A stretch of DNA of 64,000 nucleotides. Source: Bacteroidota bacterium (GTDB lineage: Bacteria > Bacteroidota > Bacteroidia > Palsa-965). Below are positions 1 through 9,173 of the stretch, in pieces; position 1 is the stretch's first letter; each line of letters begins with the position of its first letter. The position numbers were made by a program, and so were the translations under genes. The notes beneath the pieces are model-generated. The model did no database searches, was not told the origin of the DNA, and saw only the letters and a list, made by a program, of their open reading frames with translations. The DNA lies in NCBI GenBank assembly GCA_016194975.1, contig JACQAM010000007.1, positions 255,947 through 319,946 on the forward strand. Direction: 5' to 3'.

Positions 1-742
1 ATTTTTTTCTTTTGTAGATCGCGCCCCCTCCTGCACGATCAGAGAAACCGCAACAGCGATAACGACCGACAACCTGAAAAATGTTTATCTCATCAATGGC
101 GAATCCATCCGGAAATTCGATTCGAGTTGCACGTTCCAGAAAGAATTTTCCAATAAAGATTTCGGCAACATCACTTCTGCCGATGCAACCAATCCGCTCC
201 GCATTGTTCTTTTCTACCGCGATTTCAACAGGGTTGTATTCTTAGACAACACCATGAGTCAGAACGGTGATGCAGTTCAGCTCGAATCGCTTGGATTTCC
301 TTTGGCTTCTCTCGCTGCATCATCGCACGACAATGGATTGTGGATCTACGACCAGGCGAATTTTGAATTGATCCGCTTCAACCGCAACATGCAGATTGAA
401 CAGCGCACCGGGAATCTTGCACAATTACTCGGCATCGATCTGCAACCCGATTTCATGATGGAAAAAGGAGATCGTCTTTACCTGAATAATCCTGCAACAG
501 GAATTATTGTCTTCGATGTATTCGGAACTTATTCCAAAACAATTCCGGTTAAAGGCCTCCGCACTTTTCAGGCAACAGAAAATACTTTGTTCTATATGAC
601 CGGCGGAAATCTTGTTGCAGAAAATATTCTCACCCTCGAAACGATCAGCTACGAAGAACCTACTGATGCAAATGCGATCGACATCCGCAAAGAATCGAAT
701 CGGTTTTATGTTCTCCTGAAAGACGCAACAGAAATTTACTGA
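1..742 (+). CDS. hypothetical protein, 5'-truncated by the window edge; the listed ORF 254..742 is only its C-terminal part
   Basis: Frame 2 has no stop codon between nt 2 and the ATG at 254. It translates continuously as ...NVYLINGESIRKFDSS... No domain recognised. Confidence 0.45.
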   Translation, partial: FFSFVDRAPSCTIRETATAITTDNLKNVYLINGESIRKFDSSCTFQKEFSNKDFGNITSADATNPLRIVLFYRDFNRVVFLDNTMSQNGDAVQLESLGFPLASLAASSHDNGLWIYDQANFELIRFNRNMQIEQRTGNLAQLLGIDLQPDFMMEKGDRLYLNNPATGIIVFDVFGTYSKTIPVKGLRTFQATENTLFYMTGGNLVAENILTLETISYEEPTDANAIDIRKESNRFYVLLKDATEIY

Positions 743-1741
743 TCACCTTCCCGCTTTCTCCACGAGATCGATCAGCCGGTTCGAATATCCCATTTCATTA
801 TCGTACCACCCGATCACTTTCACCATATTTCCCACAATGGAAGTGAACTCCGCATCAAACAAACAACTGTGCGGATTTCCTACGCAATCGATGGACACGA
901 TCGGATCTTCCGTGTACTCGAGAATATTTTTCAGCGTACCACCTGCGGCAATTTTAAATGCAGAATTTATTTCTTTCACACTCGCTGTTTTTTTCAGAAC
1001 GCAGGTAATGTCGGTGAGCGACCCATCGGGAACAGGAACGCGTATTCCACAGCCGCCGAGTTTTCCATCGAGATGCGGAAATATTTTTGTGATCGCTTTT
1101 GCTGCACCGGTTGAAGTGGGCACCATCGACACCGCTGCCGCGCGCGCACGCCGCAGGTCCTTGTGTGGCGCATCATGCAGGCGCTGATCGCCCGTGTAGG
1201 AGTGAACCGTAGTGATGTAACCGTCTTCAATTCCCCAATGATCGTCGAGCACTTTGATCATGGGCGCTGCGCAATTCGTAGTGCAGGATGCGTTGGAAAT
1301 GATACGGTCGTTTTTATCGAGGATAGAATCATTAACACCCATGACGATCGCTTTGATCTCGCTGTCATTCGCAGGCGCCGACAGAATTACTTTTTTCGCT
1401 CCTGCGTTTAGATGAAGTTCGGCACTTTTTCCATCCAGGAATTTTCCGGTCGATTCAATGACAATATCTGTTTCAAATTTTTGCCACTGTAATTTTGCAG
1501 GATCTTTTTCTGCGGTGACCTGGATTTTTTTTCCATTCACGATGATCGCATTTTCTTCTGCGGTAATTGTTCCCGGAAATTTTCTGTGAACAGAATCGTA
1601 TTTCAATAAATGGGCGAGTGTGCGGCTGTCGGTAAGATCATTGATCGCAACCACTTCGATGTCTTTTCTCTCCATGATCACACGCAGGCTTACGCGCCCG
1701 ATGCGGCCGAATCCGTTTATTGCAACGCGAATTGGTTTCAT
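743..1741 (-). CDS. gap: type I glyceraldehyde-3-phosphate dehydrogenase
   Basis: N-terminal NAD-binding motif INGFGRIGR and the catalytic-site signature ASCTTNCAAP. Length 332 aa. Confidence 0.95.
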   Translation of the reverse strand: MKPIRVAINGFGRIGRVSLRVIMERKDIEVVAINDLTDSRTLAHLLKYDSVHRKFPGTITAEENAIIVNGKKIQVTAEKDPAKLQWQKFETDIVIESTGKFLDGKSAELHLNAGAKKVILSAPANDSEIKAIVMGVNDSILDKNDRIISNASCTTNCAAPMIKVLDDHWGIEDGYITTVHSYTGDQRLHDAPHKDLRRARAAAVSMVPTSTGAAKAITKIFPHLDGKLGGCGIRVPVPDGSLTDITCVLKKTASVKEINSAFKIAAGGTLKNILEYTEDPIVSIDCVGNPHSCLFDAEFTSIVGNMVKVIGWYDNEMGYSNRLIDLVEKAGR

Positions 1742-1762
1742 TTTTTTTCTTTCAAAGTTATC

Positions 1763-1798
1763 TTTAAAAAAAAGAACCCGCTCCTTTCAGAACGGGTC
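1763..1798 (-). terminator. Rho-independent terminator downstream of the BNR-repeat gene, upstream of gap
   Basis: On the minus strand the hairpin GAACCCG..CGGGTCC is followed by T8. A TAACTTTG (-7-like) box lies between it and the gap start. Confidence 0.5.
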
Positions 1799-1820
1799 CG
1801 TTGAAAATTCTTTTTACCGA

Positions 1821-4800
1821 TCAATTCATTTTTATGAAACGTCCTGTACCTACACGACGGCTATTCTCGATGATCGTAACGAGATAAGTTCCTTTCGCCA
1901 TTTCACTGGTTTCAAAACGGATGTTGGTAATGCCGGCCATCATATCATCATGTTCTTCAGAAGAAATAAGATTTCCGTTGAGATCGTAAACCTGGAGGAT
2001 CACATTTCCATTCAAAGGAATATTCACATTCACGAAAGCTTCATCACCTACAGGATTCGGGAATACTTTCAGGTCTTTGTTATGAGAAGTGGAATTGTTA
2101 CCGGGGATCGGTTGAGGATCATTGATTCCATTCATTGGCCCCTGCCAGCTTGAATCGTCGCGCCATATTCCACGTCCATGTGTTCCAATATAAAAACATC
2201 CTGAATTAGGTACCAACCATGGATCCCAGCGTTGCTGGCGGATCATGAACACAGCAACATTATCGAGGCCGGTCATTGCAGTAGCCCACGTTGGCGATGC
2301 TGCTGTGATGTTGGTGGTTTCAAACATTCCATGTTCTGTTCCCGCAAGCACACGGTTCGCTGTGTATTTATCAAAACAAATTGTGTAAACAGGAGCGCCA
2401 CCAATGTTATCAAGGTTCGCTGTTTTGTCAACCCACCCCGCATTTGCAGTGGAGGTTGCAGTGTCAGCAGTAGTTGATAAATAAACATACTGTGTCATTC
2501 CGTAGTTACCGAGAGAAACGATAACGCGGCCAGGATTATTTGGATCCACATCAAGTCCGCAGATGTAACGTCCGGAAAAATTTCCGATGAGATGACATTT
2601 TACTTTGCATCCTGGATTTGCGGCGGAACCATTATCAACATATCCGGTTGCAGAATCCAACGCCTGGGAAACATTATCGAAACGGTAAAGTGTTCCGCTA
2701 CCGGTTGACGCAAACAAAGAATTTCCATCGACAGACCATGCTAATTTTTCACACTCCCCGGCATACGAATTCGGAGTAGAGTGTGTTCCGCCAATCTTAA
2801 GCCACTCCGGAGAAACAGAAAAATCTATTGGCCTGCGTGTGATCCATATTCCATGATCACTTGTAAATCCAACTGCGAAGCGCGACTGTATTACATCCTG
2901 AATTTTTACGGTGTCGCCGGGATTTACCTGCAAAGCGCTGAGATGACTGATGACTTTTCCCTGCACATTTGAATTCACAAAGAAGGTAGTTCCTGCTGTG
3001 AAAATTCCATCGTAATAAATTTTAATGACCTTATTTGCCGGAGGAACGGTGTTGAATGTTACAGAATAAGAACCATCACCATGAATAAATCCGGTAGCGG
3101 TTCCTGAGAGGACTCCATTGGTAGTGGTGGCCGAATCGAGGCCGGTGATCTTGACCATTGCTGTATTCGTATCAAGGACTCCGGCAGGAATAGCATTAAT
3201 TGGAATGCTTACTGTTCCTGTGTAAGTAGCTGCAACACCATCGGTGATTGTAGAACTGTTCAGATTTGTGCGGTTAATAACACGGATCGTATCTCCGCTC
3301 AACAGATCATTCGTGCTTTCCCACAAACGGATGGGAGTAATGAAACTTGCGAAGGACGCAGTTCCAAAACCAGACTGAGATGTGATCTTCGAAGAATAGA
3401 AACTTGCCGAACTCTGTCCGCGATTATTGGAACGCGCGAGTGAGCCATAATAAATGGTACTGAAACAAGCATAACCATTCAGGAATGAAGTTTCACACTC
3501 CGCTCCGTCACCACCATTTATAGATGAAGCCCACATTGGATCGGGATATCCTGATCCGTCAATGTAAGTCGTGCCGTTATCCTGATTGCCGGAGATCGCC
3601 ATCGTGCGCGTACCATCGAGCATATCAGGTGCTACGGAATAACATTGTGTAACATCATACCCTTTGTTCATTTGCGTATAGGTGGAACCATTATTTATGG
3701 TGCGGAAAATTCCACCATCTGTACCAATGAAAAATTCTCCTGCAGCGCTTGGATGGAAAACGATGGAATGTTTATCAGAATGAACATACCAGGGATTGAA
3801 AGGTGAATCAGGAAATTCAAGAGCGATCCTGCTCCATTGTCCGGCAATAGGACTTGTACTCGTCATATTCCATTCCCATAATTCAACTCCACCGAAGATT
3901 GCGCGCATTTTATTGTTGGGATCAACAGCAACTACATTATCATACTGTCCCTGCGACTGGTTGAACGGATCGAACTGTGCGTTTCCTGCACCTGTTACAA
4001 TTGTCCAATTCATACCTCCATTAATTGAAACAAGCATCCCGGCAAGTCCGCCGTTCGAAGAGCTTGCACAAAAAGCATAAACATAATTCGGATCAGAAGG
4101 AGCAACAGCGATCTCTGTTCTTACAAGAGAAGTAGTCAGCCATCCGAAAGCAGTTGTTCCGTGATTGGTAAATGTCAAACCATTATCAGTAGAAACATAG
4201 GGTTTCTTGTTGCAGGTAGCGATAACTGTTCCGGCTGCGCCAAGATCAACATCAGTGCAGGGAATATTTTGTGCTGTGCTTGCAGGTTGAGTAAACGTAA
4301 CTCCACCATCAATAGAATAACGGAATCCTTTATTCATTCCCACAAAAATGTGCAGAGCATCATTCGGATCAACAACAATTTTATCGACTGCTGCCCATGC
4401 TGAAGAAGAAGAATTAACCGGGGTAACATTAGTCGATGCAAGATGTGTCCAGGTCAATCCATCATCACTGGAAGAATAAATTCCACCGCCGAGTAATCCG
4501 CCGGAACCTGTTGCATAAGCACCGTAGAAATTATCTTCGCCGGTTCCAACATAAAGAATTCCTGTTGGGCCCTGAGCAATGGTGGTTATTGAAATAACAA
4601 CACCGGATAAATTGAAGAAAGGTGCACAACGGTGCCAGTTATTCGCTCCATCATTGGATTCAAAAAGTCCACCACCAACTCCACCTGCCCACATGTGCTG
4701 GTGAGTAGGATCAAGATTATCAAAAAGTATAGCACGTGTACGGCCACCGATATTATCGGGACCAAGTTCGGTCCATGAAGCTGTGGAAGCAGTTGCCTGT

Positions 4801-5111
4801 GGTCCACCGGTACGAGATGCAGTGATCGCCTGATTAGCGCGATCTGCCACATCAATCATTGCCTGGTAATCGAGCTGACCGGTTGCAGGATTTTTTTTGA
4901 TATCAAACATCCATTTTATCGCGCCATTCGCATCTTGAGCATCTCCATCCGAATTACCAACTTCGAATTCGTGAGAAGGGCGATAGAGCGAGCCATTATC
5001 TTTTCTGAAAGAGTAAGTGGTTAAAACAGCCAGTGCGGTTGCAGCAATACCGATCCCGGCCAGAACGAGTCTGTTTCGTTTCATTGGTGAAAGTTTTTTT
5101 GAATCCCTCAT
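1821..5111 (-). CDS. secreted BNR/Asp-box repeat protein (sortilin/xyloglucanase-like beta-propeller) with T9SS C-terminal sorting domain
   Basis: Signal peptide present. At least five S-x-D-x-G-x-T-W/F Asp-box motifs (SSDDGLTW, SIDGGVTF, STDNGLTF, SINGGMNW, TINNGSTY). The C-terminal ~80 aa fit the Por secretion tail pattern (FPNPVGDEAFVNV...VYDLNGN...GTYLVTI). Confidence 0.75.
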   Translation of the reverse strand: MRDSKKLSPMKRNRLVLAGIGIAATALAVLTTYSFRKDNGSLYRPSHEFEVGNSDGDAQDANGAIKWMFDIKKNPATGQLDYQAMIDVADRANQAITASRTGGPQATASTASWTELGPDNIGGRTRAILFDNLDPTHQHMWAGGVGGGLFESNDGANNWHRCAPFFNLSGVVISITTIAQGPTGILYVGTGEDNFYGAYATGSGGLLGGGIYSSSDDGLTWTHLASTNVTPVNSSSSAWAAVDKIVVDPNDALHIFVGMNKGFRYSIDGGVTFTQPASTAQNIPCTDVDLGAAGTVIATCNKKPYVSTDNGLTFTNHGTTAFGWLTTSLVRTEIAVAPSDPNYVYAFCASSSNGGLAGMLVSINGGMNWTIVTGAGNAQFDPFNQSQGQYDNVVAVDPNNKMRAIFGGVELWEWNMTSTSPIAGQWSRIALEFPDSPFNPWYVHSDKHSIVFHPSAAGEFFIGTDGGIFRTINNGSTYTQMNKGYDVTQCYSVAPDMLDGTRTMAISGNQDNGTTYIDGSGYPDPMWASSINGGDGAECETSFLNGYACFSTIYYGSLARSNNRGQSSASFYSSKITSQSGFGTASFASFITPIRLWESTNDLLSGDTIRVINRTNLNSSTITDGVAATYTGTVSIPINAIPAGVLDTNTAMVKITGLDSATTTNGVLSGTATGFIHGDGSYSVTFNTVPPANKVIKIYYDGIFTAGTTFFVNSNVQGKVISHLSALQVNPGDTVKIQDVIQSRFAVGFTSDHGIWITRRPIDFSVSPEWLKIGGTHSTPNSYAGECEKLAWSVDGNSLFASTGSGTLYRFDNVSQALDSATGYVDNGSAANPGCKVKCHLIGNFSGRYICGLDVDPNNPGRVIVSLGNYGMTQYVYLSTTADTATSTANAGWVDKTANLDNIGGAPVYTICFDKYTANRVLAGTEHGMFETTNITAASPTWATAMTGLDNVAVFMIRQQRWDPWLVPNSGCFYIGTHGRGIWRDDSSWQGPMNGINDPQPIPGNNSTSHNKDLKVFPNPVGDEAFVNVNIPLNGNVILQVYDLNGNLISSEEHDDMMAGITNIRFETSEMAKGTYLVTIIENSRRVGTGRFIKMN

Positions 5112-5310
5112 TAATATTTCTATTCTGAATTATTCAGAACAGGGTTTTAGTTAAGCATCCAAAACTAAGTCTTTTTGAATGAACAACAAAACCAAATTTT
5201 CAGCCGCAAACTCCTATTGCGATAAGGGGGGATGATTAAAATCGGGGATAATCAAAAGTAGTGAAATAATTCTGGAAATCAAATTGAAATTTAAACGAAG
5301 GGTTCGTTTT

Positions 5311-6186
5311 TCAGATGTGTTTTTCAGCGTGATACGAACTCCGCACGAGCGGGCCGCTTTCTACATAACGGAAACCTTTTTCCAGTGCAGTTTTTTTGCA
5401 GGCAGCGAAACTGTCGGGGTGAATAAATTCTTTTACCGGAAGATGTTTCCTGGTCGGTTGCAGATATTGTCCGAGTGTGAGAATAGAAACTCCGGCATTC
5501 AACAGATCATCCATTGCAGTTTCTACTTCTTCTTTTGTTTCTCCCAGGCCGAGCATCAATCCTGATTTTGTTTTGCATCCATTGTCGCTGAGAAATTTCA
5601 GCACATCGAGACTGCGTTCGTATTTCGCCTGTATGCGCACCTGGGGCGTGAGGCGATGAACTGTTTCCAGGTTGTGCGAAACAATTTCAGGCATCACATC
5701 AACAATGCGCTGAATATTTTTCTTTTCTCCTTTGAAATCCGGAATGAGCGTTTCAATAGTTGTACCCGGACTTATTCTGCGAACAGCTTTGATCGTTTCT
5801 GCCCAGATAATAGATCCGCCATCGGGGAGTTCATCTCTATCGACAGAAGTGATCACGCAATGTTTCACCTTCATCAGCCGCACTGATTCTGCAACATGCG
5901 CCGGTTCATCATAATCAACAGCAAGAGGACGGCCGGTTGCAACTGCGCAGAATCCGCACGAGCGTGTGCAGATATTTCCGAGGATCATGAACGTTGCTGT
6001 TCCTGCGCCCCAGCATTCGCCCATGTTCGGACAATTTCCGCTTTCGCAAATGGTATGAAGTTTATGCTCATCAACGAGCTTGCGTACATGAAGATAATTT
6101 TCTCCAACAGGAAGTTTCACCCGGAGCCAGTCCGGTTTTTTCACGCGGACAATTTCAGCCACATCACTCTTCTCTGAATTTTCCAT
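5311..6186 (-). CDS. lipA: lipoyl synthase
   Basis: Radical-SAM motif CTRSCGFC plus the auxiliary cluster motif CPNMGEC. Length 291 aa. Confidence 0.95.
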   Translation of the reverse strand: MENSEKSDVAEIVRVKKPDWLRVKLPVGENYLHVRKLVDEHKLHTICESGNCPNMGECWGAGTATFMILGNICTRSCGFCAVATGRPLAVDYDEPAHVAESVRLMKVKHCVITSVDRDELPDGGSIIWAETIKAVRRISPGTTIETLIPDFKGEKKNIQRIVDVMPEIVSHNLETVHRLTPQVRIQAKYERSLDVLKFLSDNGCKTKSGLMLGLGETKEEVETAMDDLLNAGVSILTLGQYLQPTRKHLPVKEFIHPDSFAACKKTALEKGFRYVESGPLVRSSYHAEKHI

Positions 6187-6192
6187 GAAAGA

Positions 6193-6966
6193 TCAGTACC
6201 ACTTGGCGCCGAAAGAGAAATTGATATAAAGCGAAAGAAGAAACTGGTGATTGTGATCATACGCCATAAGCGGGATCACTTTCGGATAAGCATCGAGAAT
6301 GACGCCGGTTTCAATGAAACGAACATCAGTATCCAACGTTCCGTGTTCGAAATTCAATCCGAATTTTCCATAAAGGCCCGGATAAATTTTTGTTTCACCC
6401 ACACCACGAAGGAAAGGCCCGCGTCCGTAAATATTATCCACGAAATGTTTCGTTGGATCGTAACGTTCCGTGACGATGATTCGTTGTCCGTTTGGTGCAG
6501 GATTATCTTTCAGAATATCGAGGTAAACCGGTTTGGCAAGTCCGAGTGAAATTCCGAGAAAAGCAACGTAACGTATTTCCACGCCGTTCTTTTCCGGTTT
6601 GGTGAAGATCACATTCTGGTAACCGAAACCGGAGCGGAGAATAAAAACCGAATTGAGTTTTCCGTAATAATAACCTTTCGGATTATCAACATAAGGATTC
6701 ACCACTTTTGTTTCTTTCGGGTGGCGATAATTCACCATCTCCACTTCCACCACACGTTTTTTCATTGCTGTAACATGCCATGCACGGCGATAATTCAATC
6801 CTAATCCATTCGTATGAACGAGGAAACCGAAAGTAGCCTCGTTGCGATAAAGAAGTTTCGTGTCGTCGTAAATATTCGCATTCACTTTCACCGTTTGCGT
6901 TTCCACCTGCGCGAACAGAATTCCTGTCAATAAAACTCCGGAAAAAGATAAAAGGAAACGACGCAT
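6193..6966 (-). CDS. hypothetical outer-membrane beta-barrel protein
   Basis: Signal peptide MRRFLLSFSGVLLTGILFAQ. Alternating amphipathic composition. C-terminal aromatic residues (…GAKWY). Confidence 0.5.
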   Translation of the reverse strand: MRRFLLSFSGVLLTGILFAQVETQTVKVNANIYDDTKLLYRNEATFGFLVHTNGLGLNYRRAWHVTAMKKRVVEVEMVNYRHPKETKVVNPYVDNPKGYYYGKLNSVFILRSGFGYQNVIFTKPEKNGVEIRYVAFLGISLGLAKPVYLDILKDNPAPNGQRIIVTERYDPTKHFVDNIYGRGPFLRGVGETKIYPGLYGKFGLNFEHGTLDTDVRFIETGVILDAYPKVIPLMAYDHNHQFLLSLYINFSFGAKWY

Positions 6967-7026
6967 TTAGAATTACATTTGAGAGTTCTTCAAATTTACA
7001 ACATTTCTACTGAAAAAACTTTTCGT

Positions 7027-7431
7027 ATGCACATTTCAGATATCGAATATTCCGGGGAATTACGCACAACAGCGGTTCATTTACGATCGGGAAAAGTCAT
7101 TATCACCGATGCCCCGCCCGACAATAACGGAAAAGGCGAAGCTTTTTCTCCAACTGATCTGATGTCAACTTCTCTCGGAAGCTGTATGCTTACTATCATG
7201 GGCATTATTGCCGCACGACACCAGATCGATCTTCGGGGAACAAAAGTTTCCATCAGTAAATTCATGGGAACAGATCCGCGGAGAGTGACGGGAATAAAAG
7301 TGGAAATGAAAATGCCGGCTCTGGAATTAAACAGCGAACAGAAACGATTACTGGAAAACGCAGCTCTCACCTGCCCTGTAGCAAAAAGCCTGCACCCTGA
7401 TATCAAACAGGACGTGACGTTTCAATGGTAA
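7027..7431 (+). CDS. OsmC/Ohr family peroxiredoxin-like protein
   Basis: About 134 aa with the OsmC-like pattern …GEAFSPTDLMSTSLGSCMLTIMG…LTCPV… The track ORF begins at a TTG at 6979. The ATG at 7027 (MHISDIEY…) gives the usual length. Confidence 0.75.
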   Translation: MHISDIEYSGELRTTAVHLRSGKVIITDAPPDNNGKGEAFSPTDLMSTSLGSCMLTIMGIIAARHQIDLRGTKVSISKFMGTDPRRVTGIKVEMKMPALELNSEQKRLLENAALTCPVAKSLHPDIKQDVTFQW

Positions 7432-7485
7432 AAAAAAACATCCCGCCATGAAAATGGCAGGATGAATCTATGATCTTGTTTCCGA

Positions 7486-7623
7486 TCAGTAATTTGCCTG
7501 GTTCAGTTTGTGATGCGCAGGAGTGCTGCTTTTGTATGCATCACAATTCTGTTTTGATTTGCACGAAGCAAAGAAAATACCTGAACAGGAAATAAGGGCT
7601 AATGCGATGATGATCTTTTTCAT
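7486..7623 (-). CDS. small 45-aa putative lipoprotein (not in the ORF track)
   Basis: ATG-initiated ORF MKKIIIALALISCSGIFFASCKSKQNCDAYKSSTPAHHKLNQANY with the lipobox L-I-S-C. The only support is the signal-peptide shape. Confidence 0.3.
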   Translation of the reverse strand: MKKIIIALALISCSGIFFASCKSKQNCDAYKSSTPAHHKLNQANY

Positions 7624-7818
7624 TGGTTTAGGTTAAATGTGATTGCCGAATGTTTTACAAATACTATGCAAAAGTATCTGAAGCAACCCCATCCTCCAAA
7701 GATTTGTTCATTTTTTTTATTAACAGAGTCAAAATACTACATTTGCTGCCCGGCTTTTTCGGGATTTACTTTTTCGGATACTCGTCCTTTTATACTGATA
7801 CAGAAACATCATTTGATC

Positions 7819-8505
7819 ATGAGTACAACTGCACAACCCACTATCCAGATCGAAGAAAGCTGGAAGCAAATTCTGAACGATGAATTTCAGAAGCCCTATT
7901 TTCAGACGCTGAGAAATTTTCTCACTGAGGAAAAACAACAATTCTCAGTGTATCCTCCAGGCCCGCTCATTTTTGCTGCGCTCAATAACACACCATTCGA
8001 GCAAGTGAAAGTGGTGATTCTCGGGCAGGATCCTTATCACGGACCGGGACAAGCGAACGGACTTTGTTTTTCTGTTTCTACAGGGATAAAACATCCGCCA
8101 TCACTGGTGAATATTTTCAAAGAGATGCAGAAAGATCTGAATGTTCCATATCCGCGTACCGGCGATCTTTCCGGTTGGGCGAAACAGGGAGTGCTGTTGC
8201 TGAACACAACTCTTACCGTGCGCGCACACACGCCCGCATCACACCAGGCACAGGGATGGGAAGATTTTACAGACAGCGTTATCCGCAATCTTTCCGAGAG
8301 AAGAAGCGGCATAGTTTTTATTCTATGGGGAAGACACGCGCAGAATAAAAAACCACTCATCGATACTACGAAACATCACATCCTGGAAGCAGCACATCCT
8401 TCTCCGTTTTCTGCGAATGGATTTTTCGGATGCCGCCATTTTTCCAAAACGAATTTTCTGCTGATGCAGGATAATAATCAGCCGGTGAACTGGATCGCTT
8501 TATAG
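7819..8505 (+). CDS. ung: uracil-DNA glycosylase (family 1)
   Basis: Catalytic water-activating motif GQDPYHGPGQA and the leucine-loop/HPSPLS region (HPSPFS). An internal ATG at 7819 gives 228 aa. The track ORF is 5'-extended from a GTG. Confidence 0.9.
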   Translation: MSTTAQPTIQIEESWKQILNDEFQKPYFQTLRNFLTEEKQQFSVYPPGPLIFAALNNTPFEQVKVVILGQDPYHGPGQANGLCFSVSTGIKHPPSLVNIFKEMQKDLNVPYPRTGDLSGWAKQGVLLLNTTLTVRAHTPASHQAQGWEDFTDSVIRNLSERRSGIVFILWGRHAQNKKPLIDTTKHHILEAAHPSPFSANGFFGCRHFSKTNFLLMQDNNQPVNWIAL

Positions 8506-8588
8506 AATTTGAAAATTTGAGATTTGAATATTGCTTCGTTTGCTGAATGAAAACCAAAATTCAAATCTCGAATTTCAAATCTTCGAAT

Positions 8589-9170
8589 TTATTCCTGCCC
8601 TCTTTCCATCCATTTTTTTTCTGAAACCGGTTTAGCTTCGAGGATTTTCTTCAGGAGAATTTCCGGTTCACCATCTTCGATCACCAGCGCCCGGTTTTTT
8701 TCGCTGAGAAATTTTTCTTTCACCATCACATCTAATTGAGCAATGAATGGATCGTAGAATCCATTCACATTTAAAATTCCAAGCGGTTTGTTATGCAATC
8801 CGAGTTGTGCCCAGGTGAGCATCTCGAAAAATTCATCCATCGTTCCGTAACCTCCCGGCAAGGCAATGAACGCGTCTGCTAATTTTTCCATGAGCGATTT
8901 TCTTTCATGCATGGAATTCACGACGTGCATTTGTGTAAGATTTTCATGCCGCACTTCTTTCACGTGCAGAAAATCCGGGATCACCCCGATTACTTCTCCC
9001 CCACGCTGCAGAACCGAATCAGCAACCACGCCCATCAACCCGATGCTTCCTCCTCCGTAAATAAGACGGATATTTTTTTCGACAAGAATTTTTCCGAGAT
9101 GGTGCGCCGCGCTTTTGTAAACAGGATTATTTCCCGTTGATGAACCACAATAAACCGCAACAGACTTCAC
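8589..9170 (-). CDS. LOG family protein (cytokinin riboside 5'-monophosphate phosphoribohydrolase-like, TIGR00730)
   Basis: Motifs AVYCGSS and PGGYGTMDE(F) are present. Length 193 aa. Apparent GTG start 3 nt after the stop of the upstream receptor gene. Confidence 0.85.
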   Translation of the reverse strand: MKSVAVYCGSSTGNNPVYKSAAHHLGKILVEKNIRLIYGGGSIGLMGVVADSVLQRGGEVIGVIPDFLHVKEVRHENLTQMHVVNSMHERKSLMEKLADAFIALPGGYGTMDEFFEMLTWAQLGLHNKPLGILNVNGFYDPFIAQLDVMVKEKFLSEKNRALVIEDGEPEILLKKILEAKPVSEKKWMERGQE

Positions 9171-9173
9171 CGG

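Noticed and set aside
778-790. GGTTCGAATATCC resembling a tRNA T-loop
   Set aside because: It is inside the gap coding region and has no acceptor or anticodon stems around it. No tRNA was found in the window.
837-1411. Several 78-116-aa ORFs on both strands inside the gap gene
   Set aside because: They overlap a confidently identified GAPDH coding frame and have no features of their own. They are frame artefacts.
7639-7818. 5' extension of ung from a GTG at 7639
   Set aside because: The internal ATG at 7819 gives a protein of canonical UNG length. The extension has no signal-peptide logic. Similar 5' extensions were rejected for the ORFs at 6979, 9174, 16036, 19923, 30611, 32949, 38297, 42439, 54712 and 61910.
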